Source: Alphaproteobacteria bacterium
GTDB taxonomy: Bacteria > Pseudomonadota > Alphaproteobacteria > UBA7985
Assembly (NCBI GenBank): GCA_965662775.1
Contig: CBFIIW010000008.1
Location: forward strand, 27,269-91,268
DNA length: 64,000 bases
Direction of reading: 5' to 3'
Shown: positions 1 to 9,437 of the stretch, in pieces
Layout of the letters: each line of letters begins with the position of its first letter
Numbering within the stretch: position 1 is the first letter of the stretch
Notes under the pieces: generated by a model
Told to the model about the DNA's origin: nothing
The model's database searches: none
What the model saw: only the letters and a program-made list of their open reading frames with translations
Translations under genes and position numbers: made by a program

Positions 1-966
1 CTTACCGCTGTAGTCGCCCTGCTGCAGGGTCAGCTTGCCGAAGCCACCTTCGAGGAAGATGGACGCGTTGCTGACTTCGAGGATGCGCGACGCTGGGTCG
101 AGGTACGCAGCAGTCTCGGAAGCTTCGACATCATTGGACACACAAACAGCACCGACAACCATCTTGGTGGTCGAAGAGGTCATCTTCACTTCCATGAACG
201 GACCAGCGAAGACGCTGTTCGCCTGGATTGGTGTAGCAGCAGCGCTAGCCACAACCGGCTTAACAGCACCAGCAGACGCTGCAGCAGCCACAGCAACGTT
301 TGCACCACCACCGGCAGTCGCCATGGTCAGGGTCGCAGCAGCAGAGTCGTTCATCTTACCAGCGGGCATAGCACCGACAGCGAGTGCAAGCGAAGAGACA
401 GCAGCAGTGCCAGCCGCATTCATGCGTGTGACGCTGCCAGCAGCACCGCCTTCAATCACGCCAGCAACCTTACAGATCGCTGAGTCAACAGCAATCGTGC
501 CTACAGGAACGGTGTGATCGGTCAGCTTCGTCTTCGCACCTTGCCAAGCGGAGTTGATCTTCACGGATACCATTGAGCCCGCCAGAACTTGCTTGCCACC
601 GGACACGTTGTAAGCAACGCCCTTGATGGCCGCAGAAGCGGAGGTGTTAACCAGCTTGACGAGATTTTTGCCACCGGCAGCAGTGCCGTTGGTGTCGTAC
701 AGGTTCAGCTTCATTTCTTCAGCGCTGTTGACGCTGAAGGAACCACCGAACTTCAGGCCGGCGTCGGTGGTGCCAGCCGCAGAGATGTTCAGCACGATGT
801 CTTGGTACGCCTTCGAACCGTCGAAAGCGAAGCCGTCAGCGTCTTTACCCAGGCCGTATTCGATCCCCATTTCGATGCTACCGCCGAGGGTAACGTCGAC
901 TGCGCCGGCGGAGCCAGCAGCAGCAACTGCTGCGAGACCGGAGCTCGCAATCAGAAACTTTTTCAT
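1..966 (-). CDS. Outer-membrane porin (alphaproteobacterial porin family). Only the 5' part is in the window; the gene runs off the window start.
   Basis: The reverse-complement translation from the ATG at 966 reads MKKFLIASSGLAAVAAAGSAGAVDVTLGGSIEMGIEYGLGKDADGFAFDG..., i.e. a signal peptide followed by a Gly/Ala/Ser/Thr-rich beta-strand-like sequence resembling Rhodobacter-type porins. A GGAG Shine-Dalgarno sits 8-10 nt upstream. It is absent from the ORF track because there is no stop codon inside the window. The plus-strand ORFs 35..517 and 589..993 are its antisense shadows. Confidence 0.6.
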   Translation of the reverse strand, partial: MKKFLIASSGLAAVAAAGSAGAVDVTLGGSIEMGIEYGLGKDADGFAFDGSKAYQDIVLNISAAGTTDAGLKFGGSFSVNSAEEMKLNLYDTNGTAAGGKNLVKLVNTSASAAIKGVAYNVSGGKQVLAGSMVSVKINSAWQGAKTKLTDHTVPVGTIAVDSAICKVAGVIEGGAAGSVTRMNAAGTAAVSSLALAVGAMPAGKMNDSAAATLTMATAGGGANVAVAAAASAGAVKPVVASAAATPIQANSVFAGPFMEVKMTSSTTKMVVGAVCVSNDVEASETAAYLDPASRILEVSNASIFLEGGFGKLTLQQGDYSGK

Positions 967-1331
967 TTTCTCTTCTCCATGAGATCGCCCTGAACACACA
1001 TTCAAGACGATCAAACAATTTATTTTTCGCCTCTTAAGAAGCGCCGACCCTCTCGCATAAGAGGGGGATAATATTCTCGCAAAAGAAGAATATCAATGTG
1101 TGGAATCGCGCATGGCGCTATCTACACAGGCTTCGTAAGCCGGTGTGGCCGGTCATGTCTTGCTGCGAGTGAGGAATTTAGGAAATTGCGCGGAGGTTGT
1201 GACCCAAAAAACACGTGTTTCTCACGTTATTTTCGCGTTTTTCGCGAGTGCGTGAGTAGGATCATCCGGTTGGCAGACCCGATAAATCAAGCGTCTACCG
1301 CCAAAGACAAAGGGGCCGGCCTTGGTTGGAT

Positions 1332-4046
1332 TTAGCCAGCGGCGCCGTGGCACTGCTTGAATTTCTTCCCCGAGCCACAGGGGCAAGGTTCATTCCGCTT
1401 GGTCTTTTTCATCTGATCCGCCGTCAACGCCCCTGTACCGTTGGCCAAAGCTGATAGTTGTGCCGGCGGCTTAAGCCCTGCGGGCGCAACAGCAGCAGCG
1501 GCCTCATTGGCACGGGAGGGCGCTTGCTGCGGCTCAGGCTGTCTGACTTCGAGGTTGGACAAGACGACCACAACCGAATTGCGATGCCGGTCAAGCAGAT
1601 TGTCGAACATCTCAAAGCCATCGCGACGATATTCTGCCAGCGGATCACGCTGACCAAAGGCGCGGAGAGTGACCCCTTCGCGCAGTCGCATCATGTTCTG
1701 AATGTGCTCTCGCCAGAGCTGGTCGAGAACCTGCAGCGTGATCTGGCGTTCGGCCATACGCATGGTATCAGCCCCGATCCGCGCAGCCTTTGCCGCCATG
1801 TGCTGGTCAAATTCTTCGAGGATGCGATCGATCAGAATTTCCTCGTCAACACCGTCCTCCGCTGCCCACTTCAGAATTGGGAGACCTGCGGGTACGAAAG
1901 CTGCTGCGGCCTTTTCAAGCCCTTCGACGTTCCATTGAGTCGGGTAAGAACCGGGCGGAATGAACTGGGCGACCAGATCCTCCGTCGCCTTTTCCCGCAT
2001 GTCATCGAGCTTGTCTGTCAGATCTTCGGAATCCAGCAGTTCATTTCGCATTTCCGCGTAAGCGACGCGCTGATCGTTCAGCACATCATCATACCGAATC
2101 AGTTGCTTCCGGATATCGAAGTTATAGCCTTCACGGCGCTCTTGCGCCTTAGCGATGGCATTTGTGATCCACTGGTGTTCGATCGCCTCATCGTCGCCGA
2201 TGCCGAAACGCTTGAGCCAGGTATCCAGCCCCTGTCCAAAAATGCGCATCAGATCGTCTTCTAGCGAAACGTAAAAACGCGACTTTCCCGGATCACCCTG
2301 TCGGCCTGACCGACCCCGCAGTTGGTTGTCCACCCGGCGGGACTCCCCTCGCTCAGTGCCAAGGACATACAAGCCCCCGGAAGCAATCACCTGCTCCCGC
2401 GCTGTGTCGATCTCCTTGCGCAATTGCGCCGTTATCTTTTCAACGGCCTTCGGGTCTTTTTCATTTTTGGTCGCCTCGGCCAGGGCAAAGTCAAAGTTGC
2501 CGCCCAGTTGGATGTCCGTACCGCGACCAGCCATGGATGTCGCGATGGTCACCGCACCGGGTGCGCCGGCCTGCGCAATGGTGAAGGCTTCGCGCTCGTG
2601 CTGGCGCGCAGACAGGACGTTGTGCTCAATTCCGGCTTTTGAAAGCGCGGCGGAGAACATCTCAGAGCCCTCGACTGTCGGCGTTCCCAGCAAAACAGGC
2701 TGGCCCTTAGCGTTGGCCTCTCTGACATCTTCGAGGATGGCTTCGATCTTTTGCTTAGCGAAGCGATAGATTTTGTCGTCCCTGTCCTCGCGAACCATCG
2801 GCTGGTTCGTAGGAACCGCCGTAACGGCCATGTTGTAAATGGCTTCAAATTCCGCAGCCTCAGTGAGCGCGGTGCCGGTCATTCCGGCAATCTTCTCATA
2901 TTGGCGAAAGAAGTTCTGGTAGGTGATCGTGGCCACGGTCGTGGACTCGGGTTTGATGGTCAGGCCTTCTTTGGCCTCCAGCGCCTGATGCGCGCCATCA
3001 CCAAGTCGACGCCCTGGCTGCGCGCGCCCGGTAAGCTCGTTGATCAGAACGATCTCATCGCCTTGAACCATGTACTGTTTGTCGCGTTCAAATAGCCGAT
3101 GAGCGCGGATCGATGCCATGATGTTATGGAGCAAGCCTACGTTCTCGGGCTGGTACAAGCCGCTACCGTCCTGCAGCAGGCCCCGCTTGCGCAACACCTC
3201 TTCGAGTTCCGGCACACCTTCTTCGGTCAGCTGTATATTGCGTGTCTTCTCATCCACGGTGAAGGCGACGTCAGACATTTCCTGCGCGATCAGATCCGTC
3301 GCCCGGAAGACGTTCGAAACATCCACAGCAGGCCCAGACATGACCAGCGGCGTCCGCGCCTCGTCGATCAGCACCGAGTCAGCCTCATCAACGATGACAA
3401 AATTGAACCCGCGCTGCAGCATATCCGCGCGGGTCGGCTTCATCTGGTCTCGCAAGTGGTCAAAGCCAACCTCAGCCGCAATCGAATAGGTAATGTCGGC
3501 GGCATAACCCCGGCGCTTGGCATTCTCCAGCTCAGCTGGCGTCAGGATCCCGCGTTCGAGCCCCATCGTCCCGGTGACATAGCCTGTGCTAAGCCCCAGC
3601 GCCTGATACAGCTTCCCCATATCCGCTGCATCGCGCATGACAAGGTATTCGTTGACGGTGATGATGTGCACACCTTTAGCCGGAAGCGCATTGAGGTAAG
3701 CAGCAGCCGTCGCCGTCAGCGTCTTGCCTTCACCGGTCTTCATTTCGGCAACCCGGCCCTGATGCAGAACGATGGCACCGATCAACTGCACGTCAAACAT
3801 CCGCTGGCCCAGCGTCCGCTTACCGGCTTCTCGCGCCGCTGCGAAGGCTTCAATCAGCAGGTCGTCGAGGCTCTCCCCCGCGGCGTGACGGTCACGGAAT
3901 TCTGTAGTCTTCGCCTTCAACTCGGCGTCGCTAAACGTCTCAAACGTCGGTTCGAGGGCATTGATCGCTTTCACCTGTGCGTCGAGGCCGCTTAGATACT
4001 TTTTGTTGGCGTTGCCGAATACCGCTTTTGCAAAGCGCTGAAGCAT
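1332..4046 (-). CDS. secA: Preprotein translocase ATPase SecA
   Basis: 904 aa. The N-terminus MLQRFAKAVFGNANKK..., DEAD-like motor motifs and a C-terminal zinc finger CPCGSGKKFKQCHG are all present. Confidence 0.95.
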   Translation of the reverse strand: MLQRFAKAVFGNANKKYLSGLDAQVKAINALEPTFETFSDAELKAKTTEFRDRHAAGESLDDLLIEAFAAAREAGKRTLGQRMFDVQLIGAIVLHQGRVAEMKTGEGKTLTATAAAYLNALPAKGVHIITVNEYLVMRDAADMGKLYQALGLSTGYVTGTMGLERGILTPAELENAKRRGYAADITYSIAAEVGFDHLRDQMKPTRADMLQRGFNFVIVDEADSVLIDEARTPLVMSGPAVDVSNVFRATDLIAQEMSDVAFTVDEKTRNIQLTEEGVPELEEVLRKRGLLQDGSGLYQPENVGLLHNIMASIRAHRLFERDKQYMVQGDEIVLINELTGRAQPGRRLGDGAHQALEAKEGLTIKPESTTVATITYQNFFRQYEKIAGMTGTALTEAAEFEAIYNMAVTAVPTNQPMVREDRDDKIYRFAKQKIEAILEDVREANAKGQPVLLGTPTVEGSEMFSAALSKAGIEHNVLSARQHEREAFTIAQAGAPGAVTIATSMAGRGTDIQLGGNFDFALAEATKNEKDPKAVEKITAQLRKEIDTAREQVIASGGLYVLGTERGESRRVDNQLRGRSGRQGDPGKSRFYVSLEDDLMRIFGQGLDTWLKRFGIGDDEAIEHQWITNAIAKAQERREGYNFDIRKQLIRYDDVLNDQRVAYAEMRNELLDSEDLTDKLDDMREKATEDLVAQFIPPGSYPTQWNVEGLEKAAAAFVPAGLPILKWAAEDGVDEEILIDRILEEFDQHMAAKAARIGADTMRMAERQITLQVLDQLWREHIQNMMRLREGVTLRAFGQRDPLAEYRRDGFEMFDNLLDRHRNSVVVVLSNLEVRQPEPQQAPSRANEAAAAVAPAGLKPPAQLSALANGTGALTADQMKKTKRNEPCPCGSGKKFKQCHGAAG

Positions 4047-4139
4047 GGTGTCACGTGTCCAGAATAGAGGTGGTAACAGGGTTTAGACCTGTAGGTAGGG
4101 CCTCAATGCCTCTGAGTCCATGCTGCTCTCGCTCGCTGG

Positions 4140-5732
4140 TCAGTGGCGGAAGTGGCGCAGACCCGTGAACACCATGACCATCCCCGCGTCGTTGGCTGCG
4201 GCAATCACTTCTTCATCCCGCAGTGACCCCCCCGGCTGGACCACAGCCGAAACTCCTGCCTCAATCAGAGCGCTGATCCCATCAGCAAAGGGGAAGAATG
4301 CATCCGAAGCCGCAACGGCACCGCGCACATCCAGACCGGCCGATGCAGCCTTGCGGATGGCGAGGTGCGCAGCATCAACCCGGCTCATCTGCCCTGCACC
4401 GACCCCCAGCGTCGCTCCGCCTGTGGCGAGAACAATGGTGTTGGATTTGACGTGCTTGGCCACGCGCTGCGCAAACACCAGATTGTTCAGCATTGTGTCG
4501 TCGGGCTGCTCTGCGCTCACCACGCGGAAATCGTCCCGCCCCGCACTGGCATCATCTCGGGACTGCACCAACAAGCCCCCAGCTATGGACTTTACCAGCA
4601 GATCCGGTGCCGCCGGGTCCGCCATCCCCCCGGTAAGCACAAGGCGCAGGTTAGGCTTCTGCGCGAACACTTCGCGTGCCGTATTGTCAGCGCCCGGAGC
4701 AATCACGACTTCAGTAAAGATCCCCGTTATCGCGGCAGCAACCGCGCCGTCGAGGTCGCGATTGCAGGCGACAATGCCGCCAAAGGCCGAGGTCGCGTCA
4801 CAGGCCAGAGCCCGCTGGTAAGCACCGTAGAGGTCATCCCCGAGCGCCACACCACTTGGGTTGGCGTGCTTGATAATGGCAACCGCTGGATCTTCGAATT
4901 CACTCACCAGTTCAAAGGCTGCGTCAGCATCATTGAGATTGTTGTACGAAAGCGGCTTTCCCTGAATCAACGTACCCGCCGCGATCCCCGGCCGACCGTT
5001 ACCAGCCATTCGGTACAGAGCAGCACGCTGGTGCGGGTTCTCCCCGTAGCGCAAAGGCTGGCTGAGTTTCCCTGCAAAGCTCAACTCCGCCGGGAACGCC
5101 TCGCTCTCATGTTTCAGCTGCGAGTTTTGAGGCTCCTGATCCCTGTCTTCTAGGGCCTGGAGCCAACGGCTGATCTGGGAATCGTAATGGGCCGTGTGTG
5201 CGAAGGCCTTGGTGGCAAAGCCGCGCCGAATGCTGGCCGTAAGTGCTCCATCTTCGAGTAAAGCCAGAACCCGGTCATAGTCCCCTGGATCACAGACCGG
5301 CAGCACCGAAGCATGGTTCTTCGCAGCCGCGCGGACCATCGCCGGACCTCCGATGTCGATATTCTCGATGCAGGCATCGAAGCCGCCGCCACCCGCCAGC
5401 GTCTGTGCGAAGGGGTAAAGATTCACCACCAGCAGGCCGAAAGGCTCAATCCCTTGCTCCGTCATTGTCTGCAGATGGGCTGGAATACCCTGATCCCCCA
5501 GCAGACCACCATGGATCGCCGGATGCAGGGTCTTGACCCGGCCGTCGAGGATCTCCGGAAAACCGGTTACGTCGGTCACGCGTGTCACAGGTAAACCCTC
5601 ATCGGCCAGTAACCTGGCCGTTCCGCCGGTCGACACCAGTTCGAACCCTTGAGCCACCAATGATCGAGCAAAGGGCAGCAGCCCGGCTTTGTCGGAAACG
5701 GAAAGAAGCGCGCGTTTGGCTACATCGGTCAC
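4140..5732 (-). CDS. purH: Bifunctional AICAR formyltransferase / IMP cyclohydrolase
   Basis: 530 aa. The MGS-like N-terminus (ALLSVSDKAGL...) and the AICARFT domain are recognisable. Confidence 0.95.
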   Translation of the reverse strand: MTDVAKRALLSVSDKAGLLPFARSLVAQGFELVSTGGTARLLADEGLPVTRVTDVTGFPEILDGRVKTLHPAIHGGLLGDQGIPAHLQTMTEQGIEPFGLLVVNLYPFAQTLAGGGGFDACIENIDIGGPAMVRAAAKNHASVLPVCDPGDYDRVLALLEDGALTASIRRGFATKAFAHTAHYDSQISRWLQALEDRDQEPQNSQLKHESEAFPAELSFAGKLSQPLRYGENPHQRAALYRMAGNGRPGIAAGTLIQGKPLSYNNLNDADAAFELVSEFEDPAVAIIKHANPSGVALGDDLYGAYQRALACDATSAFGGIVACNRDLDGAVAAAITGIFTEVVIAPGADNTAREVFAQKPNLRLVLTGGMADPAAPDLLVKSIAGGLLVQSRDDASAGRDDFRVVSAEQPDDTMLNNLVFAQRVAKHVKSNTIVLATGGATLGVGAGQMSRVDAAHLAIRKAASAGLDVRGAVAASDAFFPFADGISALIEAGVSAVVQPGGSLRDEEVIAAANDAGMVMVFTGLRHFRH

Positions 5733-5792
5733 GGCAAATTGATCCTGTCGTTCGTGGCGGCGATTGGGGAGAGGGAGGCGGGTCCAGACCTT

Positions 5793-7154
5793 TTAAGGCT
5801 GTTCTGGCATCGAACCAACGCGGAAGCGAGCAGCGAAAAATCCGTCCACGCCCCCGCTTTCCGCATAGTAGGACGGCAAGATTCGCAGCGTCCCGGAAGG
5901 GGTTAGCGCTGCCGGCAGCCCCGCAAGGGCATCGGCTTCGAAGGGATCAAGCGCGACACCGTTCTGTCGGCCAAGGAAATCCTCCACCTGCGCTTCACCT
6001 TCCTCCGGTTCCAGCGAGCAAACGATATACAGCAGTGTCCCGCCCGGTTTCACCAGTGCAAGCGCGTGATCCAGCATCCGGGCCTGCGTCGCACGGTGTT
6101 CGAGCAATGAAACCGGCGAGCGCAACCATGGCGCCTCGGGGTTCTTGCGGAACGTGCCCGATGCGCTGCAGGGAGCATCGAGCACCACCAGATCAACAGG
6201 CTTGTGGTTGTACTTCAGAACATCGATCTTTTTGACCGCCGCTCGAAGGCCCGTGCGTGCAAGGTTCTCGTTGAGTCGCTCCAGTCGAGGGCCACTGCTA
6301 TCGACAGCTGTGACTTCGGCACCCGCACGAGCAAGTTGCAAGGTCTTGCCCCCTGGAGCGGCACAGAGGTCAATAGCAGTCTTGCCCTGCAGGTCACCGA
6401 GTGCCGCGATAGGAAGATGTGCGCCGAAATCTTGCACCCACCATCCCCCGGCTTTGCCCTCCAGACTGTCCTGAAAACTGGTCAATCCACGTTGAAGCCG
6501 GACCTGTCCTGTCGGCAGTGCTGTTGCATCTTCACCGCTAAGCGCCGCCGCGCTCCGCGCCGACTCGTCGATCAGGCAAAGGTCTAAGGGGGCTTCCTCC
6601 CGCGCCAGTTGGTCAAAGGCTCCCAGCGCTGCCTCACCCCAGTTGGTGCGCCAGCGCTCGGCCAGCCAGTGTGGGATCACAGGCTGACGGCGCAAGATTT
6701 CCAGAAAATCTTCGCGTTCCCGATCAGCGCGGCGGAGGACGGCATTGACCATCCCGCGATACCGACTCGCAGAACGGGTTCCGAGCAGGTTCACGGTCGA
6801 AGAAACCGCTGCATGTGGCGGCGTTTCCAAAAGCAGCAGATCGGTCAACCCTAGCCGCAGCACAGCCTGAATGAAGGGCGGAACGCCCCCGCGACCCCGC
6901 TCCAGCACTTCGGTCATCAGATGCAACAGCGGGCCATGGTAGCGCATGGCCATCCGCACCAGCCGCCAAGCGAAGGCACGGTCGCGGGGGGACTGGCCTC
7001 GGGCCTGCCGGTTAAAGGCTTCGTCTAACGATAAGCCAGTTGCGGGAACAGCTTCCAACGTGCGTGCTGCGGCCAGACGGGCGAAGTCGACGCGTCCTTT
7101 TGTCTTGGCCTCTGCCGGGCGAGACGGGCGGGAGGGGCTTTTTCCTGAGGACAA
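5793..7154 (-). CDS. rsmB: 16S rRNA (cytosine-C5) methyltransferase, RsmB/Sun (NOL1/NOP2) family
   Basis: A NusB-like N-terminal region and a SAM-MTase core (DLCAAPGGKT...VDSSGPRLERL...PCSASGT) are present. The exact start codon is uncertain. Confidence 0.8.
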   Translation of the reverse strand: MSSGKSPSRPSRPAEAKTKGRVDFARLAAARTLEAVPATGLSLDEAFNRQARGQSPRDRAFAWRLVRMAMRYHGPLLHLMTEVLERGRGGVPPFIQAVLRLGLTDLLLLETPPHAAVSSTVNLLGTRSASRYRGMVNAVLRRADREREDFLEILRRQPVIPHWLAERWRTNWGEAALGAFDQLAREEAPLDLCLIDESARSAAALSGEDATALPTGQVRLQRGLTSFQDSLEGKAGGWWVQDFGAHLPIAALGDLQGKTAIDLCAAPGGKTLQLARAGAEVTAVDSSGPRLERLNENLARTGLRAAVKKIDVLKYNHKPVDLVVLDAPCSASGTFRKNPEAPWLRSPVSLLEHRATQARMLDHALALVKPGGTLLYIVCSLEPEEGEAQVEDFLGRQNGVALDPFEADALAGLPAALTPSGTLRILPSYYAESGGVDGFFAARFRVGSMPEQP

Positions 7155-7171
7155 GAACCACTACTTTCTGA

Positions 7172-7386
7172 TTATGCAAGACAATGAAAACGACATGGCC
7201 AAGGCCGATGCCAGCGCGAATACTAATGAAACGCCGCTTCACGGTGATACCGGAGACATGCGCCCTGCGCACGAAGTCTTTAAGTCACTTGCTGTCAAAC
7301 GGAAGCCCGAACAGGGCGGGCCGGAAGGTCAGGAACCAACGACCTTTGGCGATTGGCAGGTAAAAGGCCGCTGCGTCGACTTTTAG
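7172..7386 (+). CDS. DUF1674 (SDHAF4-like) small protein
   Basis: The C-terminus ...GPEGQEPTTFGDWQVKGRCVDF matches the conserved DUF1674/SDHAF4 tail (GPxGxEPTRYGDWExKGRCxDF). It is embedded in the longer ORF 6946..7386, whose 5' part overlaps rsmB on the other strand and is not credible. The start could be the ATG at 7172 or the one at 7195. Confidence 0.6.
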
Positions 7387-7427
7387 CCCCCCACGCTGAA
7401 CGGCGGGCTCACCCGCCAGCGAAAGGC

Positions 7428-8492
7428 TCAGGCCTTGGCTGCACCAGCGCCAGTCGACTTTGGCGCATCCGGGTCCAGCGGCCAACGTGGCCGTGGTGCA
7501 AAAGCAAGCTGATCTTCAGCGTTCCCGGCCCGCAGACGCTCAACCCCAGCCCAAGCCATCATTGCACCGTTGTCTGTACACAGAGCCGCTGGTGGCACCA
7601 CCACGGGTAAGCCAAGTTCCTCCCCCAACGATGTCAGTTGCCGGCTCAGTGCCCGATTTGCCGCAACGCCACCAGCAACCACGAGCGCTTGCAGCGGGGT
7701 GTCTACGGCCAAGGCTACGGCCTCAGCTGCACGGCGGGTCCGATCGATCAGTGACTCAAAAGCAACCCGCTGGAAACTGGCAGCGATGTCTTCAGGACTG
7801 TAGCCGGCATCGCCCTGCACGGCGCGGCGAACGGCGGTCTTCAGCCCGGAAAACGAGAAATCCAGCCCCGGCCGGCCTTTGAAAGGAACCGGCAGCGGCA
7901 CCGCCCGCGGGTCGCCTTGCGCGGCCAACGCCTCAACCGCGGGGCCACCCGGCTGGCCGAGTTCCATAAGCTTGGCAGTCTTGTCGAATGCCTCACCGAT
8001 AGCATCATCAATTGTTGTTCCAAGGCGACGATACTTTCCCACGCCCTCGACCAGCAGCGTCTGGCAATGGCCGCCACTGACCAGCAGCAGCAGAAAGGGG
8101 AATTCAATCGACGCAACCAGCCGCGGCGTCAGGGCGTGGCCTTCGAGATGGTTCAGCGCCATGAAAGGCTTGTCTGCACCCATCGCCAGCGCCTTGGCAT
8201 AGCTGACCCCAACAATTACACCGCCGATCAATCCCGGCCCGGCGGTCGCTGCAATCCCGTCGAGCGCATCGATCGGCACCCCTGCCTCGTCCAGCGCGCG
8301 GTCCACGACTTGATCAATTTTTTCGACATGAGCGCGGGCAGCCACCTCTGGCACAACACCGCCGTACTTGCGTACGCTCTCCCATTGGCTGAAAACAATG
8401 TTGGACAGAATCCGCTCTCCCGCCGGTCGGGAGCCATCCACGACCGCCGCCGCTGTCTCATCGCAGGACGACTCTATGCCAAGTACCAACAT
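7428..8492 (-). CDS. tsaD: tRNA N6-adenosine threonylcarbamoyltransferase TsaD (Gcp/Kae1)
   Basis: MLVLGIESSCDETAAAVV... and the metal-binding His motifs are present. The start is placed at the internal Met (MLVLGIESS), not the upstream ATG of the track ORF. Confidence 0.9.
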   Translation of the reverse strand: MLVLGIESSCDETAAAVVDGSRPAGERILSNIVFSQWESVRKYGGVVPEVAARAHVEKIDQVVDRALDEAGVPIDALDGIAATAGPGLIGGVIVGVSYAKALAMGADKPFMALNHLEGHALTPRLVASIEFPFLLLLVSGGHCQTLLVEGVGKYRRLGTTIDDAIGEAFDKTAKLMELGQPGGPAVEALAAQGDPRAVPLPVPFKGRPGLDFSFSGLKTAVRRAVQGDAGYSPEDIAASFQRVAFESLIDRTRRAAEAVALAVDTPLQALVVAGGVAANRALSRQLTSLGEELGLPVVVPPAALCTDNGAMMAWAGVERLRAGNAEDQLAFAPRPRWPLDPDAPKSTGAGAAKA

Positions 8493-8583
8493 GGCGTCTG
8501 ATTGGCGCAATCGACCCAGGGCCGTCAACTCCCAGGGCGCAGCGCCACTCTCATTGCAGCGTCAAAAGAGGTCGCCGATCATC

Positions 8584-9330
8584 ATGTGTGCCGATGTCTA
8601 CGGCCTGAGCGGTGCGAGCGACTATGCCGCCACCTTGCGCCGAAGTGGTACGCGATTTTCGATCTGGTCGCTCGCCCTGTTCGACGACGAAATTCTCTTC
8701 GCCCCGCTGCCGACTGATTTTGACCCTTCAGCAGGTGATCTGCTGGTGGTGCCCAGCACGCGGGCCGTAGCTGCGCTGCAGGCACAGGCTTGGTTTGATG
8801 GGATGCGCGATCGGCTTCGGGCGCTGGCACCAGGGCCAGAGACAGCGCGTGCACTAGAAGGGATCGGCGTGCAGGTGATATGGACTGCACCGCGCGGCTT
8901 TCGGCAGAGTGCCTGGCCCGAGGCCCTGCGCGAGGCAGACGCCAGTGCGCGGCGACTGACGATCGCCAATGCATCCCTGCCTGCTTCCGCCCTGAGTCTG
9001 CCGCTGCGGGCCGAGGACTGGCATCTACCACTTTACCAGCGCCGGCCAAGCGGCCGCGCACCCTGGACAGTCGCGCAAGCACGAGGCTTGTGCCAGGCGC
9101 CCGGCCTAATCGTGCTGGCGCTGTCCAGCGCGCAGCGGCAGGTTCTGGAGACCCGGCTGAGCCTGCTTGGCCGTCGCCTGCCTTCCCGGCGACACCTAAT
9201 CGCGCTATCGCCGTCTGTTGCAGGATGGTCGCCCGCGGTGCCCCGGCGCAGCTTCTGGGACAGCGTGTCTTTCCCTGTCCTGCCAAACCGTGCTTCAATG
9301 TTATCGCATCTGCAGGACATTGCAGGTTGA
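8584..9330 (+). CDS. hemD: Uroporphyrinogen-III synthase-like protein (HemD family), tentative
   Basis: Two half-domain signatures resembling HemD are present (LLVVPSTRAVAAL... and ...LIALSPSVA). Synteny supports the call: it lies immediately upstream of an alpha-Mic60 gene and a hemY-like gene, the conserved alphaproteobacterial neighbourhood. The start is uncertain (ATG at 8584, or an in-frame TTG at 8554). The track ORF begins at 8368 inside tsaD, which is implausible. Confidence 0.45.
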   Translation: MCADVYGLSGASDYAATLRRSGTRFSIWSLALFDDEILFAPLPTDFDPSAGDLLVVPSTRAVAALQAQAWFDGMRDRLRALAPGPETARALEGIGVQVIWTAPRGFRQSAWPEALREADASARRLTIANASLPASALSLPLRAEDWHLPLYQRRPSGRAPWTVAQARGLCQAPGLIVLALSSAQRQVLETRLSLLGRRLPSRRHLIALSPSVAGWSPAVPRRSFWDSVSFPVLPNRASMLSHLQDIAG

Positions 9331-9437
9331 CCGCCGCGGTACCAAACCCCTCGGAGCGCGAGTGAACCAACCGAACGCGATAGTGCGTCCTTGCGACGAC
9401 GCCCAAGCGACACAGCCTGAGCCAGAGGACCATTGCC

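Noticed and set aside
35-993. Plus-strand ORFs 35..517 and 589..993 (Ala/Thr/Pro-rich translations).
   Set aside because: They are antisense shadows of the minus-strand porin gene, whose translation has a clear signal peptide, Shine-Dalgarno and porin-like composition. The plus-strand products are low-complexity.
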